Assembly: GCA_964551545.1 (NCBI GenBank)
Contig: CAZKCT010000004.1
Location: 2,569 to 58,708 of the forward strand
Length of the DNA: 56,140 nucleotides
Direction of reading: 5' to 3'
DNA from: an uncultured Piscirickettsiaceae bacterium
GTDB lineage: Bacteria; Pseudomonadota; Gammaproteobacteria; GCF-002020875
Shown: one piece after another, positions 28,668 to 36,294 of the stretch
Numbering within the stretch: the stretch's first letter is position 1
Layout of the letters: every line of letters starts with the position of its first letter
Made by a program: the position numbers and the translations under genes
The notes under the pieces: model-generated
The model's input: the letters and a program-made list of their open reading frames with translations, nothing else
Told to the model about the DNA's origin: nothing
Databases searched by the model: none

Positions 28668-28742
28668 TGGTACTCCCTAGGGGAATCGAACCCCTGTTAC
28701 CGGCGTGAGAGGCCAGCGTCCTAACCGCTAGACGAAGAGAGC
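28668..28742 (-). tRNA. tRNA-Glu (anticodon CTC)
   Basis: 75-nt cloverleaf GCTCTCTTCGTCTAGCGGTTAGGACGCTGGCCTCTCACGCCGGTAACAGGGGTTCGATTCCCCTAGGGAGTACCA; loop CT-CTC-AC; encoded CCA. Confidence 0.95.
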
Positions 28743-28812
28743 ATTTCAGGTTGTTCGCATTAACGAACGGGTGCGTATTCTGCCACGCCGGTAAAACAAG
28801 TACAATACGCGG

Positions 28813-30231
28813 ATGATGAAAATTGCAGGTACCAAAAACGGCCAGGGGAATCACTCTGGGAAACGGAAAAAAGGGTGGATTCGACGCCTCTTCTCTGCTG
28901 ATAAACCGAAGCAGCAGAGTGTGGAAAAACAGATCTTTACCCGTGATGAGCACCCGATCTCTCGAAGACAGATGAGTCGTAATGCAGTGAAGGTGCTGAA
29001 TCGTATTCACCAGGGGGGATATAGTGCTTATCTGGTTGGTGGTGGGGTTCGTGACCTGATGCTGGAGCGCGAACCGAAAGATTTTGATGTTGCCACCGAT
29101 GCAACTCCGGAGGAGGTGAAGGCGCTATTTCGCAACTGTCGACTGATTGGTCGCCGTTTTCGCCTGGCACATGTCCACTTTGGGCGAGAGATTATCGAGG
29201 TGGCCACGTTCCGGTCGGGGCAGGATGGAACAGACCAAAATGCGGCACAGAGCGAGCAGGGGATGATCCTGCGGGACAACCAGTATGGCTCGTTGGAAGA
29301 GGATGCCTGGCGTCGCGATTTCACCATCAATGCGCTCTACTACAATATCGCCGATTTCTCGGTGGTTGACTACACTGGCGGTATCGAGGATCTCAAGCGG
29401 GGGCAGATTCGGCTGATTGGTGACCCAGATCAGCGCTATCAGGAAGATCCGGTGCGGATGTTGAGAGCGGTCCGTTTTGCGGTCAAATTGGGTTTCCAGG
29501 TTGAGCATGAAACGGAAGAACCGATTATCCGTTTGGCCCATCTGTTGGAGCAGATTCCGCAGGCGCGGCTCTATGAGGAGTTCCTCAAGATGTTCCAGGC
29601 GGGGCAGGCATTGGAGACTTTTGAGCGACTTCGCCATTATGGACTGTTCCGTTATCTGTTTCCGATTACAGATCATGTGTTGGATCAGCAAGAGGGGTTT
29701 CCGCATAACTTCTTGATGCGTGCCCTGGAGAACACGGATCAGAGAGTTGCAGCCGGCAAGCCCATTACGCCAGCCTTCCTGATTGCGGCACTGTTGTGGG
29801 AGGAGGTGCGGCAGCAGGCGGATCGCTCACAAGAGAAGAACCCAGACAGCGGTCAGCGCCTGCCAGAGAATGTGCGCCTGCATCGAGCCGGGCAGAATGT
29901 GCTGCGTCAACAGCGCAAGAGTCTGTCAATGCCGAAGCGGTTTGCCATCATGGCGCAGGAGATTTGGGAGCTGCAACCTCGCTTCATTCGACGCCGAGGG
30001 CGTCAACCCTACCGTTTTATGGAGCACCCACGCTTCCGCGCCGCCTATGATTTTATGCTGTTGCGCGCCGAGGTGGGGGAGTGTGATACCGAATTGGCGC
30101 AGTGGTGGACCGATTTCCAGAAGGTGGGGAGCAAGGAGCGGGAGCAGATGTCGAATGAGGCGCCGGGAGAGGGTCGTCCCAAAAAACGCCGCCGCCGACG
30201 CCGCAAAAAGGCGCCCGCCTCTAACGACTGA
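28813..30231 (+). CDS. pcnB: Poly(A) polymerase I
   Basis: LVGGGVRD, PKDFDVAT, PAP signature LIGRRFRLAHVHF, RRDFTINAL, HPRFRAAYDF and a basic tail. Confidence 0.95.
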   Translation: MMKIAGTKNGQGNHSGKRKKGWIRRLFSADKPKQQSVEKQIFTRDEHPISRRQMSRNAVKVLNRIHQGGYSAYLVGGGVRDLMLEREPKDFDVATDATPEEVKALFRNCRLIGRRFRLAHVHFGREIIEVATFRSGQDGTDQNAAQSEQGMILRDNQYGSLEEDAWRRDFTINALYYNIADFSVVDYTGGIEDLKRGQIRLIGDPDQRYQEDPVRMLRAVRFAVKLGFQVEHETEEPIIRLAHLLEQIPQARLYEEFLKMFQAGQALETFERLRHYGLFRYLFPITDHVLDQQEGFPHNFLMRALENTDQRVAAGKPITPAFLIAALLWEEVRQQADRSQEKNPDSGQRLPENVRLHRAGQNVLRQQRKSLSMPKRFAIMAQEIWELQPRFIRRRGRQPYRFMEHPRFRAAYDFMLLRAEVGECDTELAQWWTDFQKVGSKEREQMSNEAPGEGRPKKRRRRRRKKAPASND

Positions 30232-30239
30232 GAGAAGGG

Positions 30240-30725
30240 TTGAGTCCCATCTACATTGGCCTTGGGAGCAATCTCGGGGATTCTGCGGCAGAGATCCAGT
30301 TAGCGATTGACCATCTGCGTCAGAGTGATGGAATCAGTGTGGTGAGGATCTCTTCGCTCTACCAAACGCCACCAATGGGACCGCAGGATCAACCGGATTA
30401 CCTCAATGCCGTCGTCGAGCTGCAGAGTACACTGGATCCCATTGTGCTTCTGGATCGGTTGCAAGAGATTGAGCGGCAGCAAGGGCGGGTGCGAGGGCGT
30501 CGTTGGGGGGAGCGAACGATCGATCTGGATTTGCTGCTCTATGGTGATGTGGTGGTGGACCATCCACGTCTGCAGGTGCCGCATCCGGGGGTTGGGGTAC
30601 GGGCCTTTGTGCTGGTGCCACTTCAAGAGTTGGCAGGAGATCAACTGAAAATTCCCGGTGTCGGATCGGTTGGTGAGCAGTTAACATACTGCGACTGTGG
30701 GGAGATCGTAAGGATGACAGAATGA
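30240..30725 (+). CDS. folK: 2-amino-4-hydroxy-6-hydroxymethyldihydropteridine pyrophosphokinase
   Basis: YIGLGSNLGD, QPDYLNAV, RWGERTIDLDLL and RAFVLVPL. Confidence 0.95.
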   Translation: MSPIYIGLGSNLGDSAAEIQLAIDHLRQSDGISVVRISSLYQTPPMGPQDQPDYLNAVVELQSTLDPIVLLDRLQEIERQQGRVRGRRWGERTIDLDLLLYGDVVVDHPRLQVPHPGVGVRAFVLVPLQELAGDQLKIPGVGSVGEQLTYCDCGEIVRMTE

Positions 30726-31531
30726 GTGCAAAAGAGCGGAAAGTGACCGTCTCGACGCTGATCGAGATGAAGCAGGCGCAGCAGAAAATTGCGATGCTGA
30801 CCGCCTATGATTTCAGTTTCGCGCAGCAGGTGGATCGGGCTGGGGTCGATGTGGTGCTGGTCGGGGACTCCCTGGGGATGGTGATTCAGGGTAAAGAGAC
30901 AACGATCCCGGTCACGATGGATGAGATGGTCTACCACACTCGCTCGGTTGGGCGTGGTTTGAAGCGTGCGCTGCTGCTGGCTGATCTTCCATTTATGAGT
31001 TATGCCACACCGGATGAGGGACTTCGTAACGCGGGTCGTCTGATGAAAGAGGCGGGAGCACAGATGGTCAAGCTCGAAGGGGGGGCAGACCAAGTGGGCA
31101 CTGTGGAGCTGCTGGTGAGTCGTAATATTCCGGTCTGTGCCCATCTTGGATTGCAGCCGCAATCGGTTCATCGCCTTGGAGGATACAAGGTGCAAGGGCG
31201 GGAAGAGAACGCAGCCCAGCAGATGATTGAAGATGCGGTGACACTGGAGCAGGCAGGGGCCTCGATGCTGGTGTTGGAGTGCGTGCCGTCCCTGTTGGCT
31301 GCAGAGATCAGTGCGGCACTGCAGATTCCTGTCATCGGGATTGGTGCCGGTGTCGACTGTGATGGTCAGGTGCTGGTGCTCTATGACATGCTGGGGATTA
31401 CCGGAGGGACAGTGCCCCGTTTTGTGAAGAACTTTATGGTTGGTGCTGGCTCGGTTCCAACGGCACTACAGGGATATGTTGAGGCGGTGCGTGGCCGGGC
31501 ATTTCCTACTGAGGAGGAGAGTTTCTCCTGA
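30722..31531 (+). CDS. panB: 3-methyl-2-oxobutanoate hydroxymethyltransferase
   Basis: MLTAYD, LVGDSLGM, VKLEGG, HLGLQPQ and GIGAG..CDGQVLV. Confidence 0.96.
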   Translation: MSAKERKVTVSTLIEMKQAQQKIAMLTAYDFSFAQQVDRAGVDVVLVGDSLGMVIQGKETTIPVTMDEMVYHTRSVGRGLKRALLLADLPFMSYATPDEGLRNAGRLMKEAGAQMVKLEGGADQVGTVELLVSRNIPVCAHLGLQPQSVHRLGGYKVQGREENAAQQMIEDAVTLEQAGASMLVLECVPSLLAAEISAALQIPVIGIGAGVDCDGQVLVLYDMLGITGGTVPRFVKNFMVGAGSVPTALQGYVEAVRGRAFPTEEESFS

Positions 31532-32382
31532 TGGAGGTGGTGGAGCAGATTGAGCCGCTGCGGGCGCTGCTCGGAGGCTTTCGCCAGCATGGGGAGCGGA
31601 TTGCCTTTGTGCCGACCATGGGAAACCTGCATCAAGGCCATCTTGAGCTGGTGCGTCAGGCGCGGCAGCGAGCAGATCGAGTGGTGGCCTCTATCTATGT
31701 CAATCCAACCCAGTTTGGTGAAGGGGAAGATCTTGACGCTTATCCCCGTACACTCAAACGAGACGCGGATTTATTGACAGCAGAGGGGTGTGATCTGCTC
31801 TTTACTCCCAATGATCAGATCATGTATGGCAGTGCCGATCGTGCGATGCTGGCCCGGATTGAGGTGCCTGGAATCTCGGATCAACTGTGCGGTGCCTCTC
31901 GTCCGGGACACTTTGCTGGAGTCGCCACAGTGGTGGCAAAGCTATTCAATATCGTGCAGCCCGATTTAGCGCTATTTGGAGAGAAAGATTTTCAGCAGCT
32001 GCTGGTGATTCGAAGGCTGGTGGAGGCGCTCAATTTTCCGCTGGAGATTGTCGGAGTGTCGACGATGCGAGAGGAAGATGGGTTGGCGATGAGCTCCAGA
32101 AATGGCTACTTGAGTCCTAATGAGCGATCAATTGCACCTGCGTTGAATCGTCTGTTACAGGCAATGTGTCGACAATTGTTGGGTGGGCGAACCGATTACG
32201 CCACCTTGGAAGCAGAGGGTGAGGCGCAGTTGAGGGCCGCCGGTTTTGAATCTGATTACCTCTCGATTCGGCAGCAGGATCTCAAAATTCCGTTAGAAGG
32301 GGCAAAAAAACTGGTGATTTTGGCGGCTGCACGGCTTGGAACGACACGATTAATTGATAATTGTCCACTGGATCTGGGATAA
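31531..32382 (+). CDS. panC: Pantoate-beta-alanine ligase
   Basis: [32 protein letters not shown] and RLIDN. Confidence 0.96.
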   Translation: MEVVEQIEPLRALLGGFRQHGERIAFVPTMGNLHQGHLELVRQARQRADRVVASIYVNPTQFGEGEDLDAYPRTLKRDADLLTAEGCDLLFTPNDQIMYGSADRAMLARIEVPGISDQLCGASRPGHFAGVATVVAKLFNIVQPDLALFGEKDFQQLLVIRRLVEALNFPLEIVGVSTMREEDGLAMSSRNGYLSPNERSIAPALNRLLQAMCRQLLGGRTDYATLEAEGEAQLRAAGFESDYLSIRQQDLKIPLEGAKKLVILAAARLGTTRLIDNCPLDLG

Positions 32383-32390
32383 TAGGAATC

Positions 32391-32771
32391 ATGCAAGTAA
32401 CGATGTTGAAGACCAAATTGCACCGTGCCACGGTCACCCACTCCGAGCTGGAGTATGAGGGGTCGTGCGCGATTGATGGCGTGCTACTGGATGCCTCAGG
32501 GATTCGGGAGTATGAGCAGATTCATATCTATAATGTCGACAATGGCGAGCGTTTCGTCACCTACGCAATTCGTGCCGAAGATCGTTCTGGTGTTATTTCC
32601 GTGAATGGTGCGGCGGCTCACAAAGCGGATCCAGGTGATATCATTATTATCTGCGCCTATGGAGCAATGGAGCAGGCAGAGGCGGACCAGTTCAAGCCAC
32701 GTCTGATCTATATGGCCGAGGACAACACCATCAAGCGTACCGCCAATACCATTCCTGTACAGGCAGCCTGA
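32391..32771 (+). CDS. panD: Aspartate 1-decarboxylase
   Basis: [16 protein letters not shown] cleavage site, NGERFVTY and NGAAA; start at ATG 32391. Confidence 0.96.
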   Translation: MQVTMLKTKLHRATVTHSELEYEGSCAIDGVLLDASGIREYEQIHIYNVDNGERFVTYAIRAEDRSGVISVNGAAAHKADPGDIIIICAYGAMEQAEADQFKPRLIYMAEDNTIKRTANTIPVQAA

Positions 32772-32801
32772 CCCCGACTCGCTGCACAGCCCTTAATCAA
32801 G

Positions 32802-32840
32802 CAAAAAGCCCGCTCTTCGTATGAGGAGCGGGCTTTTTTG
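32802..32840. terminator. Bidirectional terminator between panD and the rhodanese gene
   Basis: AAAAAGCCCGCTCTTC-GTAT-GAGGAGCGGGCTTTTTT. Confidence 0.85.
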
Positions 32841-32857
32841 TGCAGGCCATGACCCGT

Positions 32858-33151
32858 CTAACAGCTCATATAATTACGGAATGAACCGAGATCGTGTACG
32901 TTCTCAAAGCCCATTGCCTCAAGATAGGTTTTTGCCATGCGGGTACGGGTCCCGGTGACACAATAGAGGATGATCGGGCGCCTTTTTTCGAGCAGGTCAT
33001 TGGCAACATGAATGGTCTGCAGAGGGACATTGACGGCATTAGGGAGTGAGCCCTGTGCGTACTCCATTGGGCTGCGAACGTCGACCAGCTGCCCGTTTTC
33101 CTCTTTCAGTAGCCGCTGCGCGTCTTCACAACTGATGTTTTGTGGAAACAT
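32858..33151 (-). CDS. Single-domain rhodanese (sulfurtransferase)
   Basis: LVDVRSPMEY, GSLPNAVNVP, active-site loop YCVTGTR and GFENVHDLG. Confidence 0.9.
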   Translation of the reverse strand: MFPQNISCEDAQRLLKEENGQLVDVRSPMEYAQGSLPNAVNVPLQTIHVANDLLEKRRPIILYCVTGTRTRMAKTYLEAMGFENVHDLGSFRNYMSC

Positions 33152-33290
33152 ACCAAATTAATCCTTTACTTTCTGAGTCTTTACTCGATTCGACTGAGGG
33201 TCGAGTTGGTGTCGTAGCACCAGAGCGGAGTGGTTCTATCAATCAAAATTATGGCGTGATTCTACCATATTCAACGGATTTATTCAATGC

Positions 33291-33389
33291 TTATCTTGAA
33301 TGGTTTTTGGTCGATTTTCGACCTCGGCGTAGCGCAATGATGATGCCGACTGCAAATAGCAGCGCAAGCAGGATGAATAGTTTTCCCAT
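33291..33389 (-). CDS. Possible 32-aa single-TM small protein
   Basis: MGKLFILLALLFAVGIIIALRRGRKSTKNHSR; starts just downstream of the previous stop and follows AGAGAG. Confidence 0.4.
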   Translation of the reverse strand: MGKLFILLALLFAVGIIIALRRGRKSTKNHSR

Positions 33390-33417
33390 CGCAGACTCTC
33401 TGGTTTTAAGTTTTGGT

Positions 33418-33789
33418 TTATTGGGTGATCGTGGTCGTTGGGATGGCAACTTTCTCGACCGGTCCCTCGTCTTGTTGTTCGGGTGGATCAATGTGCACCA
33501 GCTCGGAGTAGGGTCCAAGCATGGCGACCGACCCTTGATGGCGCTCGTCGCCATGATAGCTGTAATCGAACCGGTAGCTGCGGTGGAACTGCAGTCGTCC
33601 TCGGGGGTTTCTGCGCAGTCCGATCTTCTGCAGTGAAACGGTCTGATCGAGAAGCTGGGCACCAAAATTCTTGCAGGTAAGATTACAGACAGTAATGGCG
33701 CGCTCGCGGGCCTTCATCGAGTCGTACCAGAAGAGGGCGATACCCACCGGGGTGCCAATCATCAACAGAGTCTCGATCAGTTCGCGCAT
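33418..33789 (-). CDS. DUF3301-like membrane-anchored protein
   Basis: N-terminal TM helix, ARERA....C.....QLLDQTV and Y.FDYS..G.ER..G pattern; start at ATG 33789. Confidence 0.7.
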   Translation of the reverse strand: MRELIETLLMIGTPVGIALFWYDSMKARERAITVCNLTCKNFGAQLLDQTVSLQKIGLRRNPRGRLQFHRSYRFDYSYHGDERHQGSVAMLGPYSELVHIDPPEQQDEGPVEKVAIPTTTITQ

Positions 33790-33859
33790 AGCGGGCCACT
33801 CTAACAGATTCAAAGGGGGTGAACCATTTTCTGGTATGGTGTTTCCTGATGATTGAGAA

Positions 33860-33885
33860 GGAATAAAGCATCGTTGTGCGGATCA
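33860..33885 (+). promoter_or_regulatory. Candidate ECF-type promoter upstream of the sigma gene
   Basis: GGAATAA-N13-GGATCA; a similar element lies at 35733-35759. Confidence 0.35.
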
Positions 33886-33917
33886 GTATGAGGGAGTGAG
33901 AGGATGAGGGGAGATGT

Positions 33918-34496
33918 GTGAAAATTGTTGAGCTGTTTACAAAAAATCGAGAGCTGAAAGAGCGAATTGTTGGCTCAAGGGAGCGACTGTTTCGTCTGGC
34001 CTACTCATGGTGTCATGATCGTCATCATGCAGATGACCTCTGTCAGGAGACGGTGATTACTGCACTGGAGAAGGTGGATCAGCTCAAGTCAGAGGATGCA
34101 CTGGATGCCTGGATGTTTCGCATCATGCAGAACGCCTACCGAAAGCATTTTCGCAAGATGCGTCCCCAGGTCGATGTGGAGTCGCTCGAGGCTCATATGG
34201 AGAAAGAGGATCCTGCAGAGCGCGATATTGAGCGCGCAGAAGAGATTCTTCAGGTGCGTAGTGGTCTTGCTCAGCTCAAGGAGGGGCAGCGGATGATTAT
34301 CACCTTGGTCGACATTGAAGGGGTTAGTTACAAGGAGGCGGCAGAGATTCTAGAGATTCCTATTGGCACCGTGATGAGTCGGCTGGCAAGAGCACGAACA
34401 GCGCTGAGCCAATATATTGATCGGCGCGAAGCAAATCGTGAGACAGGGCGGGCGACGAAGGATGATCGCAGAGCCCATCTTAAAGTGATGAAGTAA
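33918..34496 (+). CDS. ECF (sigma-24-type) RNA polymerase sigma factor
   Basis: Region 2 ADDLCQET...AWMFRIMQN; region 4 EGVSYKEAAEILEIPIGTVMSRLARAR. Confidence 0.94.
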   Translation: MKIVELFTKNRELKERIVGSRERLFRLAYSWCHDRHHADDLCQETVITALEKVDQLKSEDALDAWMFRIMQNAYRKHFRKMRPQVDVESLEAHMEKEDPAERDIERAEEILQVRSGLAQLKEGQRMIITLVDIEGVSYKEAAEILEIPIGTVMSRLARARTALSQYIDRREANRETGRATKDDRRAHLKVMK

Positions 34497-34506
34497 CAGG
34501 ATGTAA

Positions 34507-35259
34507 ATGATGAAGCCATACGAAATTTCAGATGAGATCCTCAACGCCTTTATTGATGGCGAGATTGAGTCAGAAGAGAAGATTGAAATCTTGCGGCAGC
34601 TGGGTGGAAACCCGGAACTGACGCAACGAGCCTGTGAGCTGGTGCGAACCAAGGAGTTGGTCCGGGCCGCATACAAGTCTGCGCTCCCTGACCCAGTGGC
34701 TCAGGCTGCTCAACCACGACGTGCCTCCATGGGAGGAAAAAAGTGGGGCGCACTTGCCGCCTCCCTGCTTGTCGCTGTGGTTCTGTTAGGTGGAATGCAG
34801 AATACATCGCAGCAGACGACTGATCTGACTCAGATGGAGAGGATGGGAGATGGGTTTTCTCCCGTTGCATTTCAACAGGCGGAGCAGGCGGCAGCTCTGA
34901 GAATCGTATTTCATCTGACCTCCTCGGATCCACTGCGGATGGGGAAACTATTGGATGATGTCTCTTCACTGCTGGAGCAGACCCGTAACCTGGAGCAGCG
35001 CTCTGTGGTTGAGGTGATTGCCAACGGAGAGGGTCTCGGGATGTTCCGTTCAGATGTCAGTGGATTTGGTGAACAGATTCACGAGATGCGCGTGGAAAAT
35101 CCCAATTTGCGATTTGTGGCCTGCCAGCGAACGATTGATCAGTTGGAGTCTGAAGGGGTGGGTGAAATTCATCTGTTGCCGGATGTGGTCCGGGCAGGCT
35201 CTGGAATTTCACGCGTGATTCAGCGCCAGCAGCAGGGGTGGTCCTACATCCAGATCTGA
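34507..35259 (+). CDS. Transmembrane anti-sigma factor with a C-terminal DsrE/DsrF-like domain
   Basis: N-terminal LNAFIDGEI anti-sigma motif, one TM helix (WGALAASLLVAVVLLGG), then RIVFHL...VEVIANGEGL...FVACQRT...QQQGWSYIQI. Confidence 0.82.
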   Translation: MMKPYEISDEILNAFIDGEIESEEKIEILRQLGGNPELTQRACELVRTKELVRAAYKSALPDPVAQAAQPRRASMGGKKWGALAASLLVAVVLLGGMQNTSQQTTDLTQMERMGDGFSPVAFQQAEQAAALRIVFHLTSSDPLRMGKLLDDVSSLLEQTRNLEQRSVVEVIANGEGLGMFRSDVSGFGEQIHEMRVENPNLRFVACQRTIDQLESEGVGEIHLLPDVVRAGSGISRVIQRQQQGWSYIQI

Positions 35260-35263
35260 GCAG

Positions 35264-35716
35264 ATGCGGCTTCTCCTGTTCTTGTTGGCACTACTTGCTT
35301 CACCGCTGGAGTGGGCAGATGCTAGAGAGCAACCGGATGTGCTGGTGGCATACCACCTCAGTACGGCGGATGAGCATCGGCAGCAGATTGCGTTACTCAA
35401 TATAAAGAACCACCTTGAGGACCTGTATGAGCAGGGGAGGAGCTTCTCCATTAAGGTGGTACTGGATGGTGGTGGGGTTGCCTTATTGGTGCGTGCACAG
35501 CAGCAACTACGGATACAGCAGCAGCTGAAACGGCTGCGCTCGCAGGGGATCGACTTTCTGGTCGAGCGCCAGTCGCTACAAGAGGCGGATGCTGACTGGG
35601 GTGGATGGGAAGAGGCGTTGCGACTGGTAGAAGGAGAGCTGGTTGAGAGTAGCATTCTGGCGCTGGTGGCGTTGCAGCAACAGGGATATTCCTATATCCC
35701 TTATCCGGTCAAATAA
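35264..35716 (+). CDS. Secreted DsrE/DsrF-like protein without cysteine
   Basis: Signal peptide; VAYHL, LLNIKNHL, IKVVLDGGGV and LQQQGYSYI; VERQS replaces ACxxT. Confidence 0.75.
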   Translation: MRLLLFLLALLASPLEWADAREQPDVLVAYHLSTADEHRQQIALLNIKNHLEDLYEQGRSFSIKVVLDGGGVALLVRAQQQLRIQQQLKRLRSQGIDFLVERQSLQEADADWGGWEEALRLVEGELVESSILALVALQQQGYSYIPYPVK

Positions 35717-35732
35717 AAAGCCCCAATCGGGT

Positions 35733-35759
35733 GGAATAACCCAGTATGGTTGTGGGTCA
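35733..35759 (+). promoter_or_regulatory. Candidate ECF-type promoter upstream of cytochrome c/sox
   Basis: GGAATAA-N14-GGGTCA, resembling 33860-33885. Confidence 0.35.
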
Positions 35760-35840
35760 TAGTTTGAGTGATGTAGAATCGAGGGCCCCATCCGGGAATG
35801 GATGAAAGGGATTTTCAAACAGAAACACAGGAAGGAAAAG

Positions 35841-36158
35841 ATGAAAAAGAATTTGATGGTATTGGGTACTGTCGCGACAACGCTTTTTTCTGCAAATGTT
35901 TTTGCAGATGCGGCTGCGGACTACATGGGGGCATGCAATAGCTGCCACTTTAGTGCAGTTGCTCCTGCTTTGGGTGCCCCAGGTCTTGGTGACAAAGCGG
36001 CCTGGGCACCACGTATTGCCAAAGGGATGGATGCCCTTTATAACACCGCGATCAACGGTTCTACAGTGAATCCAGTGATGATGCCTCGTGGTGGGTCCGC
36101 TTTGAGTGATGATGCACTGAAGGCCGTGGTGGACTATATGGTCAACCAGTCCAAGTAA
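35841..36158 (+). CDS. Monoheme cytochrome c5/c-555-like protein, probable Sox electron acceptor
   Basis: Signal peptide, CNSCH, GAP..GDKAAWAPRIAKG and MMPRGG; start at ATG 35841. Confidence 0.9.
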   Translation: MKKNLMVLGTVATTLFSANVFADAAADYMGACNSCHFSAVAPALGAPGLGDKAAWAPRIAKGMDALYNTAINGSTVNPVMMPRGGSALSDDALKAVVDYMVNQSK

Positions 36159-36181
36159 GATCAGAAGAGCTGCATAGACCA

Positions 36182-36213
36182 TCAGCCCGGCAGAGAGGCC
36201 TCTGCCGGGCTGA
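36182..36213 (+). other. Perfect 14-bp stem-loop between cytochrome c and soxB
   Basis: TCAGCCCGGCAGAG-AGGC-CTCTGCCGGGCTGA, followed by an A-run rather than a T-run. Confidence 0.6.
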
Positions 36214-36294
36214 ATAAAAAAATAGAAAAATAATCAACGATAAAGGGACCGTAGCGAAGATTGCGGCCTAGGAAATCAAAGGAGAGTTGTGACA

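Noticed and set aside
28570-29010. N-terminal 147 aa of the 358-aa ORF 27934..29010
   Set aside because: It runs through the tRNA-Glu gene, its terminator and the antisense of pcnB; FeS-protein similarity starts only at ATG 28569.
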